Below are positions 1-10,156 of a stretch of 64,000 nucleotides of DNA, in pieces. Position 1 is the first letter of the stretch, and the number at the start of each line of letters is the position of its first letter. The DNA is from Nitrososphaerota archaeon (GTDB lineage: Archaea > Thermoproteota > Nitrososphaeria_A > Caldarchaeales > JAVZCJ01). The notes beneath the pieces are model-generated. The model was not told the DNA's origin. It did not search any database and saw nothing but the letters and a program-made list of their open reading frames with translations. The stretch covers positions 28,479-92,478 of the forward strand of contig JAWAZL010000003.1 of NCBI GenBank assembly GCA_038817485.1, written 5' to 3'. The translations under genes were made by a program, and so were the position numbers.

Positions 1-75
1 TTTTTAAAACTATTAATGAAAGAAGGTTAAATTAAAGATATAAATAGTAATTATGTATGTAATACTGTAAGAAAA

Positions 76-1086
76 ATGAAACAACTATCAGTGATAGGAC
101 TAACTCTAATTTTTTTACTATTGTTTAACTATGCTAGTGCTAGCATAATTGATACTGCTTTCTCTGAAAGTGATTTAGAAGAAGTCGGTTTTAAAATGGG
201 GTCACGTGAATTAGGTGGTGATTCAGAAAATCTTGGAATAATAGTTTTAGATGGTGTAGATTATGGTTTACCTAATAGTACAGAGTTAAAAGTTGGAGTT
301 CTTTATGTTATAGGATATATACCTGAAGAAGGGTATGTTTTTGATCATTGGGAAGTTGAAGGTGGAGAATTAAGATCAAGTGAAAAACAACAAGCTAATA
401 TTATTAGAGTTACAAATAGTAGTGGAAGCATAATAGCAGTATATAGAAGAAGAACAGAAATAACTATAACTGCAACTATTATTGAAACTGGTGAAACTAT
501 AGAAGAATATGAGTTATCATTAGGAAAACTTCTTTCATTAAGCATACATGAAGTTATTAAAGAACATAAAGAAAATATTTCATTTTGGATTTTTGAACAT
601 AAATTACTTGTACTTCAAAAACATGTTGATAAATTAAATACAATAGAGGCATATCAAAATGATCTTAAACAAAGATTTTTAGAAATAAAAGAAGAAATGA
701 GAGAATTGGAAGAAAATTTAATTAATGGCATCATTAATGAAGAAGAATTTATAATTTATATGGAAATGTTAAGAATTGAAATTTCAAATATTAGAAATTC
801 TAATGAAAAATTAGGTCATTTACTTGGAAATATTTCAAAAAATTTTTCAGATGATTTAAGAGGAATGATAGAAGAAAGAAAAAGAATTCATGATGAATTT
901 AAAGAAGAATTAGATAAAGTAAAAGAAGAAATTAAAACACAAATCATGCAAACAAAAGCTAAAATACCTCCAGGAAAAACTAAGAAAACTATAACAGTTC
1001 AAACTGAAACTACTAAAATACCTCCAGGACAAACTAAGAAGACTGAAACTACTAAAACTAAAGAAGATAAAGGAAAGGGTAAATGA
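76..1086 (+). CDS. Secreted hypothetical protein: N-terminal signal peptide, coiled-coil middle, Lys/Thr-rich C-terminus with two 54-bp tandem repeat units
   Basis: Hydrophobic N-terminus (LTLIFLLLFNYASA); heptad-rich E/K/L middle region. KIPPG(K/Q)TKKT repeated twice at nt 959-1044. Confidence 0.45.
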   Translation: MKQLSVIGLTLIFLLLFNYASASIIDTAFSESDLEEVGFKMGSRELGGDSENLGIIVLDGVDYGLPNSTELKVGVLYVIGYIPEEGYVFDHWEVEGGELRSSEKQQANIIRVTNSSGSIIAVYRRRTEITITATIIETGETIEEYELSLGKLLSLSIHEVIKEHKENISFWIFEHKLLVLQKHVDKLNTIEAYQNDLKQRFLEIKEEMRELEENLINGIINEEEFIIYMEMLRIEISNIRNSNEKLGHLLGNISKNFSDDLRGMIEERKRIHDEFKEELDKVKEEIKTQIMQTKAKIPPGKTKKTITVQTETTKIPPGQTKKTETTKTKEDKGKGK

Positions 1087-2151
1087 TTAATATTTAAGAG
1101 TTATTATTTGTTCCCTTCCTCTTCTAGTTTTCTCTATTAATCCTTTTTGATGTAAAGATTTAAGAACCATGCTTGTTTTAGCTTTTGAAAAACCTGTTTT
1201 CTTTTTTATATCTGATTGAGACATTGTTCCACCTGCTTCTTTTAAAAGCCTTATAATTAATTCTTCATCTGCTCTTAAATCTTCAAAAGTAGGCTTTGAT
1301 CTTATACGTTTAATTATTGGAAAAGAAGCTACTAATGATAAAGCAATTAATGTTATAAATAATATAGTTAATGTTGGTATACCACCTACTTCAATTGGAG
1401 TTGTAGTTATTGAAGTTAATACTTGAGTAGCAGTTTCTTCTGTAGTATAAGTTCCTGATGTTATTTTAGAAGTTATGAAAGTTTCCTCAGTAGCTGTAGA
1501 AATTGTAGGAGTAGAAGTTTGTATCTGAGTAGTAGTTTCAATAAAGTAAGATAAAATTATTTCAGGACAATTTGATTCAAAATTTCTTGGACCATACCAA
1601 ATTAATTTTCTACCTTCAATTTTATCTTCTTCTGGATTTAAAGAAATTATATTATAATTTTCAGGTAAAATTATTTCAAGAATATCATTTTTTGCAAGAT
1701 AAAAACCTCCTGAAAAAATATCTCCAATATAAATACGATTTTCTTCAATTTTTGCAAAATTAATCCATTTAAAGCTATATTCAAGTATTCCAAAAGAAAT
1801 TGTCGGAAGAGTTAAATTATAAACTCTAAAATCATATTTTTGAGCTTCCATATTTCTTCCAGTTATTTCACTTGCTTTTCTAATAATATGTTCTGTTTTA
1901 TTTATAAAATCTGAAAGAAAAACTTCTTTTCTATAAGTTTTTGTAAAATTATAAAAAGCAAGCTCATCTTCTTTTGTTTTTAATCTAAATCTATGTTCTA
2001 TTTTCCAAAAAGCTGAACCATCTGAATAAATCGTTATACTATAAGTTATCGTTTCTTCAAATTCTTCTAAACAAAAAGATTGATAAATAATATTAAGTAA
2101 TATAAGTATTATAAATGCGAATATGAATATTCTAGAATAAACTTTATACAT
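1087..2151 (-). CDS. Membrane protein: N-terminal signal/TM, extracellular domain, Thr-rich linker, single TM, then a cytoplasmic winged-helix (MarR/ArsR-like) domain
   Basis: Two hydrophobic segments. The C-terminal 70 aa (EELIIRLLKEAGGTMSQSDIKKKTGFSKAKTSMVLKSLHQKGLIEKTRRGREQIITLK) has a wHTH pattern. The T/S-rich linker precedes the TM and a KRIRSK stop-transfer. Confidence 0.5.
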   Translation of the reverse strand: MYKVYSRIFIFAFIILILLNIIYQSFCLEEFEETITYSITIYSDGSAFWKIEHRFRLKTKEDELAFYNFTKTYRKEVFLSDFINKTEHIIRKASEITGRNMEAQKYDFRVYNLTLPTISFGILEYSFKWINFAKIEENRIYIGDIFSGGFYLAKNDILEIILPENYNIISLNPEEDKIEGRKLIWYGPRNFESNCPEIILSYFIETTTQIQTSTPTISTATEETFITSKITSGTYTTEETATQVLTSITTTPIEVGGIPTLTILFITLIALSLVASFPIIKRIRSKPTFEDLRADEELIIRLLKEAGGTMSQSDIKKKTGFSKAKTSMVLKSLHQKGLIEKTRRGREQIITLKY

Positions 2152-2416
2152 TCTCTATTTTCTATTATTATTATTAATTATCATAATATATTTAGTTTTT
2201 GGTAAAAAATTTTTAAGATAAGGTATATAAAAATAGTGCTTCAAATTGAAATATCTTAAAATTTTCGATAATAATTTATTATAATTTTTTATTTTTTAAA
2301 AACATTTAGGGATAATTGAAAATTGATTTAATAATTTCTAAAAATGAGGATTATTAAACGAAAACATTAAAAACATTACTAAATAAAAATATTAAGATAA
2401 ATAGGTGTTGAGCCAT

Positions 2417-3418
2417 ATGATCAAAGTAATCTTATATGGCTTAGGAGAAATTGGAAGAAATATTGGAAAAGCACTACTTAAAAAAGAGGGAATTAAAATA
2501 GTTGGTGCAATCGATATAGCAAAAGATATTGTAGGAAAAGATTTAGGCGATGTACTTGCTTTAAATAAGAAGCTTAAAATTAAAGTAATGGATAATCCTA
2601 AAAAACTATTTTCTAATATAAAAGGAGATATAGTTATACATGCTACAGTATCTGATCTTAAACTTGCTTATCCACAAATAAAAGAATGTATAAAAGCTGG
2701 TATGAATGTAATATCTACATGCGAACAACTCTCTTATCCATATTATAGACATCCTGAATTAGCTAAAAAATTGAATAATCTTGCAAAAAAATATGATGTA
2801 ACTATTCTTGGAACAGGTATTAATCCTGGCTATCTTATGGATAGTTTGCCCATTATGCTTACAGCATTATGTCAAGAAATTTATAAGATTAAAGTAGTTA
2901 GAATGATGGATGCTGGAAAACGTCGTATAGCATATCAGAAAAAAATTGGTGTTGGTTTAACATTAGAAGAATTTAAACAAAAGATTGATAAAAAGCTTAT
3001 TACTGGTCATGTAGGCTTAGTAGAATCAATAGCATTAATAGCATCTGCTATTGGTTGGAAATTGGATGAAATTAAAGAAATACCTCCTGAGCCAATTATA
3101 GCTGAAGAAGAAAGAACTACAGAATATACAACTGTGAAAATAGGAAATGTAGCTGGTTTAAAAAGTATAGCTTATGGAATTATGAAGAATAAAGAAGTTA
3201 TTACATTAGAATTTATTTCACATGTTAATGTAAAAGAAGAATATGATGAAGTTTTAATTGAGGGTATACCAAATATACATGAAAGAATCATAGGAGGAGT
3301 ACATGGAGATATAGGCACTGTATCTATTATAATAAATTCTATACCTAAAGTGTTAGAGGCTCCAGCAGGTTTGCTTACAATGAAAGATTTACCTTTACCT
3401 TCAGCTTGGAAAGTTTAA
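2417..3418 (+). CDS. DapB-like NAD(P)-dependent dehydrogenase (2,4-diaminopentanoate dehydrogenase / amine dehydrogenase family)
   Basis: N-terminal Rossmann motif VILYGLGEIGRNIG. DapB-like central region (TGINPGYLMD, TGHVGLVESIALIASAIGW). A GGTG Shine-Dalgarno at 2403-2407 favours the ATG at 2417 over the ORF-track GTG at 2405. Confidence 0.5.
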   Translation: MIKVILYGLGEIGRNIGKALLKKEGIKIVGAIDIAKDIVGKDLGDVLALNKKLKIKVMDNPKKLFSNIKGDIVIHATVSDLKLAYPQIKECIKAGMNVISTCEQLSYPYYRHPELAKKLNNLAKKYDVTILGTGINPGYLMDSLPIMLTALCQEIYKIKVVRMMDAGKRRIAYQKKIGVGLTLEEFKQKIDKKLITGHVGLVESIALIASAIGWKLDEIKEIPPEPIIAEEERTTEYTTVKIGNVAGLKSIAYGIMKNKEVITLEFISHVNVKEEYDEVLIEGIPNIHERIIGGVHGDIGTVSIIINSIPKVLEAPAGLLTMKDLPLPSAWKV

Positions 3419-3459
3419 GTTTCAAAAAATACTTATACTTCCATTAAAAAAGATATTTT

Positions 3460-4386
3460 ATGAAAAAAGTGGAAGATATAAAAATAAATGAAGAAACTAA
3501 TATTAATGAAATAATAAGAAGAATGGAATTAAGTGGAGGATTTACAGCAAAAAAATTTGCTTTAGCAATAAAAATTATTAAAGAAATGATAAATGATAAA
3601 GAAACTTTAAAGTTTTTATCATTTCCAGCATGCATAATTGCTACTGGAAATAGAGGAATAGTAAAAGATATGGTAAAAAGAAAATGGTTTAATGTAATTG
3701 TTACAACATGCGGAACATTAGATCATGATGTTGCTAGAAGTTTTAAAGATTATTATCATGGAAGTTTTAGAATGAATGATGCATTACTTCATAAAAAAGG
3801 AATAAATAGAATTGGAAATATTTTAGTTCCAAATAATTCTTATGGAATAATAATTGAAGAAAAAATGAGTGAGTGGCTAAAAGAAATTTATAATAATAAG
3901 AAAGAATTATCAACATATGAATTATGTTGGGAAATTGGAAAAAGATTAAAAGAAGATTCTATCCTTTATTGGTCATGGAAAAATAATATTCCAATGATAA
4001 TTCCTGGAATAACAGATGGTGCTATTGGATATCAATTATGGCAATTCTATCAAATGCATAAAGATTTTAGAATAAATATTTTGGAAGATGAGCAACTTTT
4101 AAGCAATTTAGTATGGAATGCTAAAAAATTAGGTGGATTAATAATAGGTGGAGGAATTTCAAAGCATCATGTAATATGGTGGTCGCAATTTAAAAATGGC
4201 TTAGATTATGCTGTATACATTACTACTGCTCAAGAATATGATGGTAGCTTATCAGGTGCAAGAACTTATGAAGCAATTTCCTGGGGAAAAATAAAAGAAA
4301 ACGCTAAACATATCACTGTGGAAGGAGAAGCAACGGTATATTTACCTATAATTTATGCAGCATTATTAAAAGAAATTAAAGAATAA
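3460..4386 (+). CDS. dys: Deoxyhypusine synthase
   Basis: Segments characteristic of the DS family: GGFTAKKFALAIKII, SFPACIIATGNRG, VIVTTCGTLDHD. Length 308 aa. Confidence 0.8.
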   Translation: MKKVEDIKINEETNINEIIRRMELSGGFTAKKFALAIKIIKEMINDKETLKFLSFPACIIATGNRGIVKDMVKRKWFNVIVTTCGTLDHDVARSFKDYYHGSFRMNDALLHKKGINRIGNILVPNNSYGIIIEEKMSEWLKEIYNNKKELSTYELCWEIGKRLKEDSILYWSWKNNIPMIIPGITDGAIGYQLWQFYQMHKDFRINILEDEQLLSNLVWNAKKLGGLIIGGGISKHHVIWWSQFKNGLDYAVYITTAQEYDGSLSGARTYEAISWGKIKENAKHITVEGEATVYLPIIYAALLKEIKE

Positions 4387-4391
4387 ATGAT

Positions 4392-6149
4392 TTAAGAAAT
4401 TTTCTTTAATTGCGATTTATACATTTCTATTATTTCATCAATTGTTGTAGCATCTTCAGGAGACCTTTCTTCTCTAAATTTTACTAAGCGTGGAAAACGA
4501 ATAGCCAAACCGCTCCCTTCTTTTATTGATCCAAAAGCACATGTATGTACAGGACTTAAAGTTATTTCATCTCCAATTACTTCTAAAACTAATGCTGGAA
4601 CAAACCATTCATCAGGCTCGATTAAAGCATAAACTCTAGGATGTTTATGATTAATCTTATAAGGAGAAAGGATTTTAGGAAGATTTTCCAAATCCTCATC
4701 AGTAAAACCACTTCCAAGCTTACATACAGTTTCAAATCTATCCATTTTAGGATTGTACGCAGCCATTAATAATGCTCCATATGTCCCAGCTCTTTTCCCT
4801 TTACCTCTAAAACCACCTACAATAACTAAATCTACAGTATCAGCCATTTTTGATTGATAAGAACGCTTAAGCTTTATCCATTTAAAACCTCTTTTTCCTG
4901 CTTCATAAAAAGAATCTGAAGCGATAGATTTAAAAATTAATCCTTCTCCACCTTTTTGAACAGATTCTAAGAAAAATTTCTCAATTTCTTTAATATCATT
5001 TGATACTATATATTCAGCAAGTCTAACTCTATCAGTTTCTTTTACTATTTCTTTTAATTTTTCTCTTCTTTCAAGATATGATTTATTAGTATAATCTTCA
5101 CCATTTAAATATAATAAATCAAATAAGAATAAACAAACTGGAATTTCTTCAGCCATTTTTTCAAGATCATACTTTCTACCTCTTCTTTGAGATACTACTT
5201 GGAATGGTAGAAAATCTCCTGTGTGGGGGTCTATTGGCACAGCTTCTCCATCGACAATTGCTTCTTTAGCTTTTATTGCTTCTCTTAATGCTTTAACAAC
5301 ATCTGGAAATTGATTTGTAATATTTTCTTCTCTTCGAGAAAATAAGATTATTTTTTCTTGATCTATGTGAGCTTGTATTCTCATTCCGTCATATTTAAAT
5401 TCTGCGCTAGCTTTTCCATTCATTTTTTCAAGTATTTCTTCAATGGTTGAAAGTCTTTCAGCTAATTGAACTTTAATTGGTTTTCCTAAAGTTATTTTAA
5501 ATTCCTTTATAGCATCTATTCCTCCTTCAGCTAACTTTTTAGCTACATAACCTATATCAGCTGATAAATTATATGCTCTTTCTATTATTTCTCTATATTC
5601 TTTACTTCCAGCAAAAGCAATTGCAAGAGCATCAAGCAAAGTCATATCAGCCATTCCAAGTCTAAGTCTACCAGTTGCCATTCTAGCTAAATACCTTGCT
5701 TCTTTAGGAGAGGCATTCGCTAATAAACCAGCAAAAATATTTATCTTTTTCTCTTGAGCTCCTTTTCCAGTAGCTTTGCATATTTCCTCAAAACTTTCAT
5801 AAACTTTTTCAACAGTTAATGGTTCTTGAAAAAGAGAAGCTACTTTTTTTGAAGAAATAAATTTTTCAGCTACTTTACCTAAATCCCCTAATTTTTTATA
5901 TTCTTCTTCAATTTTTTCTTCAGTAACACCAGTAGCTAAACTAATAGCTTTAATTGCAAGTTTATCGGCTAAACCAAGTTCTAAACCAACGTATGGAGGA
6001 TATATTTCTCCAAGTGTTAAATAAGCTACTTTATCTATAATTTTTTTATCAGATTTTTTAAATAATTCAACTAAATAATCAGTCATTTCAAGCCTTTTTG
6101 TAGTAGATTCTATTTTTTCATAAAAATCTGCTAAAATAGAGAAATCCAT
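4392..6149 (-). CDS. lig: ATP-dependent DNA ligase (archaeal/eukaryotic type)
   Basis: Adenylation motif KYDGMR (K-x-DG) plus OB-fold C-terminus, about 585 aa. Probable start at MDFSILADFYEKIE; the ORF-track start at 6212 looks like an upstream extension. Confidence 0.9.
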   Translation of the reverse strand: MDFSILADFYEKIESTTKRLEMTDYLVELFKKSDKKIIDKVAYLTLGEIYPPYVGLELGLADKLAIKAISLATGVTEEKIEEEYKKLGDLGKVAEKFISSKKVASLFQEPLTVEKVYESFEEICKATGKGAQEKKINIFAGLLANASPKEARYLARMATGRLRLGMADMTLLDALAIAFAGSKEYREIIERAYNLSADIGYVAKKLAEGGIDAIKEFKITLGKPIKVQLAERLSTIEEILEKMNGKASAEFKYDGMRIQAHIDQEKIILFSRREENITNQFPDVVKALREAIKAKEAIVDGEAVPIDPHTGDFLPFQVVSQRRGRKYDLEKMAEEIPVCLFLFDLLYLNGEDYTNKSYLERREKLKEIVKETDRVRLAEYIVSNDIKEIEKFFLESVQKGGEGLIFKSIASDSFYEAGKRGFKWIKLKRSYQSKMADTVDLVIVGGFRGKGKRAGTYGALLMAAYNPKMDRFETVCKLGSGFTDEDLENLPKILSPYKINHKHPRVYALIEPDEWFVPALVLEVIGDEITLSPVHTCAFGSIKEGSGLAIRFPRLVKFREERSPEDATTIDEIIEMYKSQLKKIS

Positions 6150-6319
6150 ATCTTTAACGCCATTTAATTTTATATTAAACAAGAATATATAACTTTTAAA
6201 AATTTTAAACAAATTTAATTATAAAAAATAAAATTATTAAAAAATAAGGCATAAGGTTTTTATACTTCCTAAAAAATAAGAAAAATAAGAAAATGACCTC
6301 TTAAAGAAAGGTGTTTAAA

Positions 6320-7417
6320 TTGGCGCGTGTTTTAATAAAAAATTTAGTTAAACGCTTTGGAACAACTATTGCTGTAAATAATGTAAGTTTAGAAATAAAA
6401 GATAAGGAATTTGTAGTATTACTTGGACCAAGTGGATGTGGAAAAACAACAACTTTAAGATGTGTAGCTGGATTAGAAACTCCTGACGAGGGAGAGATAT
6501 ATATAGGAGATACTCTTGTTAATGATCTACCACCAAAAGATAGAGATGTAGCAATGGTTTTCCAAAGCTATGCATTATACCCACATATGACTGTTTATGA
6601 TAATATCGCTTTTCCATTAAAAATGAGAAAATATCCAAAAGAAGAAATCGATAGAAGAGTTAGACAAGTCGCAGAGCTTTTAAGAATATCGCATTTATTA
6701 GATCGTAAACCAAGACAGCTTAGTGGTGGAGAAGCTCAAAGAACAGCTCTTGGAAGAGCTATAGTACGTGAGCCAAAAGTATTCTTAATGGATGAGCCAT
6801 TAAGTAACTTGGATGCAAAACTTAGATTATACATGAGAGCTGAATTAAAGAAACTTCAAAGAGATTTAGGTGTAACAACAATCTATGTAACACATGATCA
6901 AGCAGAAGCAATGACAATGGCTGATAGAGTGGCAGTAATGAATTATGGAGTATTACAACAAGTTGCCCCTCCAGAAGACCTTTACGATCATCCAGCAAAT
7001 ATATTTGTAGCAGGATTTATTGGAAGCCCACCAATGAATTTTATAGAATGTAGTTTCATAGAAAAAGATGGAAAAGGTTATTTAGATGCTGGAACATTTA
7101 AATTAGAATTATGGCCAGAAATAGTGGATATTGTAAAGAAGAAAGCTACAGGACCTGAAGTAATATTAGGACTTAGACCTGAAGATTTATCGATTGTGAG
7201 AGAAATAGAAAAACCTGAAACTGCAATTCCAGCAGAAATTTATGTTATAGAACCTCTTGGAACAGAAGTAATAGTAGATGCTAAAGTTGGAGAAAATATT
7301 ATTAAATTAAGAGAAGCACCAACTTTCAGAGGAAGAATGGGAGAAAAAGTCTGGATCAAATTCAATAAGGATAGAATGCATTTATTCGATAAAAAGACTG
7401 AAGTAGCAATAATTTAA
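6320..7417 (+). CDS. ABC transporter ATP-binding protein, MalK/UgpC-like with C-terminal TOBE-type domain
   Basis: Walker A GPSGCGKTT, signature LSGGEAQR, Walker B LMDEPLSNLD, H-loop VTHDQ. The TTG start at 6320 is preferred because it sits 8 nt after an AAAGGTG Shine-Dalgarno; the ORF track uses GTG at 6311. Confidence 0.85.
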   Translation: MARVLIKNLVKRFGTTIAVNNVSLEIKDKEFVVLLGPSGCGKTTTLRCVAGLETPDEGEIYIGDTLVNDLPPKDRDVAMVFQSYALYPHMTVYDNIAFPLKMRKYPKEEIDRRVRQVAELLRISHLLDRKPRQLSGGEAQRTALGRAIVREPKVFLMDEPLSNLDAKLRLYMRAELKKLQRDLGVTTIYVTHDQAEAMTMADRVAVMNYGVLQQVAPPEDLYDHPANIFVAGFIGSPPMNFIECSFIEKDGKGYLDAGTFKLELWPEIVDIVKKKATGPEVILGLRPEDLSIVREIEKPETAIPAEIYVIEPLGTEVIVDAKVGENIIKLREAPTFRGRMGEKVWIKFNKDRMHLFDKKTEVAII

Positions 7418-7467
7418 AAATCACTTATATTATTTATTAAAAAATTAATGAATGATATCTTATTTTT

Positions 7468-8904
7468 TTATTTTAAAATCTCCTTTTTAGCTTTTAATAT
7501 TATTGCATCTATTTCTTTTATAATATCTTTATCTAATAGCTCAATTTGATATTCTTTTAATATTTTTGAAACAATTTCATTAGCAATTTTAAGAGAATCT
7601 TTAGCTCCTAAATTGTACCAACTATTCCAATCTTTCCTATCAAATATTTTTGGATACCAAAATTCTGATCTAATGTATTTTAATGTATGTTTTTGTGCTA
7701 AAAATGTTCCTCCAATTCCTACTTTTTCAGCTATTTCAAATGCTAAAGTTTCATCATTTATTTCAAATCCTTTAATTATTCTTTTTACATAATCAGCTAT
7801 TTCATTATCTATTACAAGTTGTTCAAAACAAGCTCCCATATCTGCTCCAGATATTCCAAGATGACCACTTAATTCAGCACCTGCTAATGCTCCCATAAGC
7901 ATGGTTGCTGCTTTCTCTATTCCAGATTGAGCATCTGGAAGCTTAGAATCTGTTAATCCAATATTTACATGAATTGGAAAACCATAATATTTTCCAATTT
8001 GAGTAATTGCTGCAGCCATTATTCCTTGTTCTGGAGAACCAAAAGAAATATTTCCAGTTTTTTGATCTAATATATGTGGTATTCCACCATATAAAACAGG
8101 AACTCCTGAATAAATTAATTGAGCAATAACATTCCCAGCAAGTATTTCAGCATTTTCCATTGCAAGAGTTCCTGCTAAAGTTGCTGGACCTGTTGCACTA
8201 GCCATAACCATTGGTCCAAAACATACTGGCAATCCAATTTTAACAAATTCTTGAAGTACTTGTAAAGCATTTTCTCCAAATTTAAGTGGACTAGTAGGTT
8301 CACAAAAATAGAAAGTTAATGGTTTCTTTTTTAATTCTTCTATCCCACCAGCTACAATACTAAGCATTTTTAGAATATATTCAGCAGATATTCTATTGTA
8401 AATCCATGCAAAAATAATTTTTGAAGAATATTTTAATAAAATAGAATACATATAAATATCAGCCAATTCTAAAGGAACATCTTGTGGAACTACCATTGCA
8501 CCAACAATATCTATATTTTCAAGAGAATTTCCTAATTTAACTGCATTAATTGTATCTTGTGTCTTGCCTGGCTTCCTATCTTTAGAAATGGGATCTATTA
8601 TATTCATTTGTCCTCCACTAGACATGAATTTCATTTTACCATTTCCAAATGTAATATTGTATTTATTATCTCTAGCATAAATTGTGAAATTCTTTGGGAT
8701 TTTTTTAACACATTCCATTACTAAATATTGAGGTATTTTTGCTATTTTATTTTCATAATTAATTTCACATCCAGAATCTTTAAGTAGATTAAGAATATTT
8801 TCATCCATTACTTTTATTCCAATTTTTTCAAGAATATTTAATGAAGTAGTATGTATTTTATAAATTTCATCTTTTGAAAGGAATTCTATTCTAGGAGAAG
8901 TCAT
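7468..8904 (-). CDS. MttB-superfamily methyltransferase (trimethylamine / quaternary-amine:corrinoid methyltransferase family, no in-frame amber codon)
   Basis: 478 aa uninterrupted. Length and composition match the MttB TIM-barrel family. It is paralogous to 10157..11611 and sits beside the corrinoid protein and MtaA-like genes. Confidence 0.75.
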   Translation of the reverse strand: MTSPRIEFLSKDEIYKIHTTSLNILEKIGIKVMDENILNLLKDSGCEINYENKIAKIPQYLVMECVKKIPKNFTIYARDNKYNITFGNGKMKFMSSGGQMNIIDPISKDRKPGKTQDTINAVKLGNSLENIDIVGAMVVPQDVPLELADIYMYSILLKYSSKIIFAWIYNRISAEYILKMLSIVAGGIEELKKKPLTFYFCEPTSPLKFGENALQVLQEFVKIGLPVCFGPMVMASATGPATLAGTLAMENAEILAGNVIAQLIYSGVPVLYGGIPHILDQKTGNISFGSPEQGIMAAAITQIGKYYGFPIHVNIGLTDSKLPDAQSGIEKAATMLMGALAGAELSGHLGISGADMGACFEQLVIDNEIADYVKRIIKGFEINDETLAFEIAEKVGIGGTFLAQKHTLKYIRSEFWYPKIFDRKDWNSWYNLGAKDSLKIANEIVSKILKEYQIELLDKDIIKEIDAIILKAKKEILK

Positions 8905-9019
8905 TAAAAACCACTCTTTAAAACTTCCTTAAATTTTTAAATTGGATATTAATAAATATAAATTTATTAAAAATTGTAAAATAAAAATAAATAAGCTTTA
9001 GCTTTTATTATTTTAAAAG

Positions 9020-10105
9020 TTAAATTCTTCTAGCTTTTTCAATAATATATCTATAATGATTAAATTTTTCAAGAGACATTTCAGGTGGGACTCCCCCAGC
9101 ACTCATTAAAATAAAACCTTTTTTACTTCCAATTTTTGCAATTTCTAATACATGTTTTTCAATTTCTTCTATAGACATTAATCCAATATTCTTAGTTATT
9201 CCACCCATTAAAGTAATTTTATCACCATATTTTTCTTTAATTTTTAATAAATCAATATTATCAGCAGGATCAAGAGGGTCTATTGAATCAAAATTAGCAT
9301 CAATAATATCCTCGAGCAATGGCATTATATTACCATGAGAATGAAGAAGGATTTTTTTGCCTTTTTTATGAATTCTTTTAACTATTTCTTCATGCCATGG
9401 TTTAAATAATTTCCTATAAGTTTCAATATTAAAAAATGGACCCTTACTATCGCCCATATCATCTGTCATCCATATTCCATCAAGAGGTGCTTCATCTATA
9501 ATATATTCTGTTAATTCCATCATAAATTTAAAAGATAATTCTATCATTTCATTAACAAATTTAGGATCTTTCTTAATATCGATTAAAAAATTTTTTAATC
9601 CTCTAAGATACATCCAAGGTGTTTCACAAACCCCTTTTATTTCAGCTACAGTAAAATAGTTATAATTATAAATTTTCTTTAATTTTTCACTAAATACTTT
9701 TATTCTTGGAATGAATTTTTCTATATTAGGCTCTTGAATTTTTTCTAAATCTTCTTTATTCTTTATAGGATTTGTAAGAACTATAGCAAAATATGGTTTA
9801 ATTCTCCAATATTGTAAACCACCAAATGGATTTTTCGCAATAATATGATTTTTCCCCTCATAAATTACTTCACACCATACTCCAGGTCCTCCAGGAAAAC
9901 CTGCTATAGGAAGATTAACGATATCCGAATTAAATAAACGTGCTAAAAAAATAGCTTTTTCTACATCATTAGCTTCATGATATATTTTACCTAAAAAGCA
10001 CTTTTCAGCTTCCATATTACTAAAGCCATCCCAATAAGGTATGATATCGACATCTTTATGCTCAAGAGCATTTAGAACTCTTTTTCTTGGATCCATTTTA
10101 ATCAA
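9020..10105 (-). CDS. Uroporphyrinogen-decarboxylase-family methyltransferase (MtaA/MtbA/CmuA-like methylcobamide:acceptor methyltransferase)
   Basis: 361 aa with URO-D fold features; positioned between the two MttB-like genes in the same orientation. Confidence 0.7.
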   Translation of the reverse strand: MIKMDPRKRVLNALEHKDVDIIPYWDGFSNMEAEKCFLGKIYHEANDVEKAIFLARLFNSDIVNLPIAGFPGGPGVWCEVIYEGKNHIIAKNPFGGLQYWRIKPYFAIVLTNPIKNKEDLEKIQEPNIEKFIPRIKVFSEKLKKIYNYNYFTVAEIKGVCETPWMYLRGLKNFLIDIKKDPKFVNEMIELSFKFMMELTEYIIDEAPLDGIWMTDDMGDSKGPFFNIETYRKLFKPWHEEIVKRIHKKGKKILLHSHGNIMPLLEDIIDANFDSIDPLDPADNIDLLKIKEKYGDKITLMGGITKNIGLMSIEEIEKHVLEIAKIGSKKGFILMSAGGVPPEMSLEKFNHYRYIIEKARRI

Positions 10106-10156
10106 TTAAGATATTTTTAAGTTTATTGATAACTTTTTTTAAAAAAGAGAAGGAAT

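Noticed and set aside
345-545. Minus-strand 66-aa ORF inside the 76-1086 gene; similar antisense ORFs at 1572-1763, 10531-10767, 11205-11420, 13395-13691, 15175-15405, 16024-16376, 21514-21696, 23289-23507, 23730-23987, 24551-24790, 27121-27525, 29647-29880, 30025-30261, 33222-33407, 35690-36179, 37830-38030, 39346-39834, 40293-40622, 43646-43930, 46310-46495, 47203-47388, 50004-50297, 50688-51242, 52042-52251, 53480-53764, 57392-57725, 58988-59398, 62502-62690, 62791-63130, 63530-63915
   Set aside because: Each lies fully inside, or opposite to, a longer ORF with recognisable domains. The products are low-complexity I/L/F/S-rich strings typical of antisense frames in AT-rich DNA.
959-1044. 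54-bp tandem duplication (KIPPGxTKKT...) at the end of gene 76-1086 as an independent repeat element
   Set aside because: Only two in-frame units within a Lys/Thr-rich tail. Most simply a local in-frame duplication of a low-complexity C-terminus.
6421-6460. 40-nt, 36-nt and 30-nt runs exactly identical between the two ABC ATPase genes, as possible evidence of recent gene conversion
   Set aside because: All three runs encode invariant ABC motifs (Walker A, Walker B/D-loop, H-loop). In a genome using almost only A/T-ending codons, identical peptides are expected to give identical DNA. They are kept only as a low-interest note.
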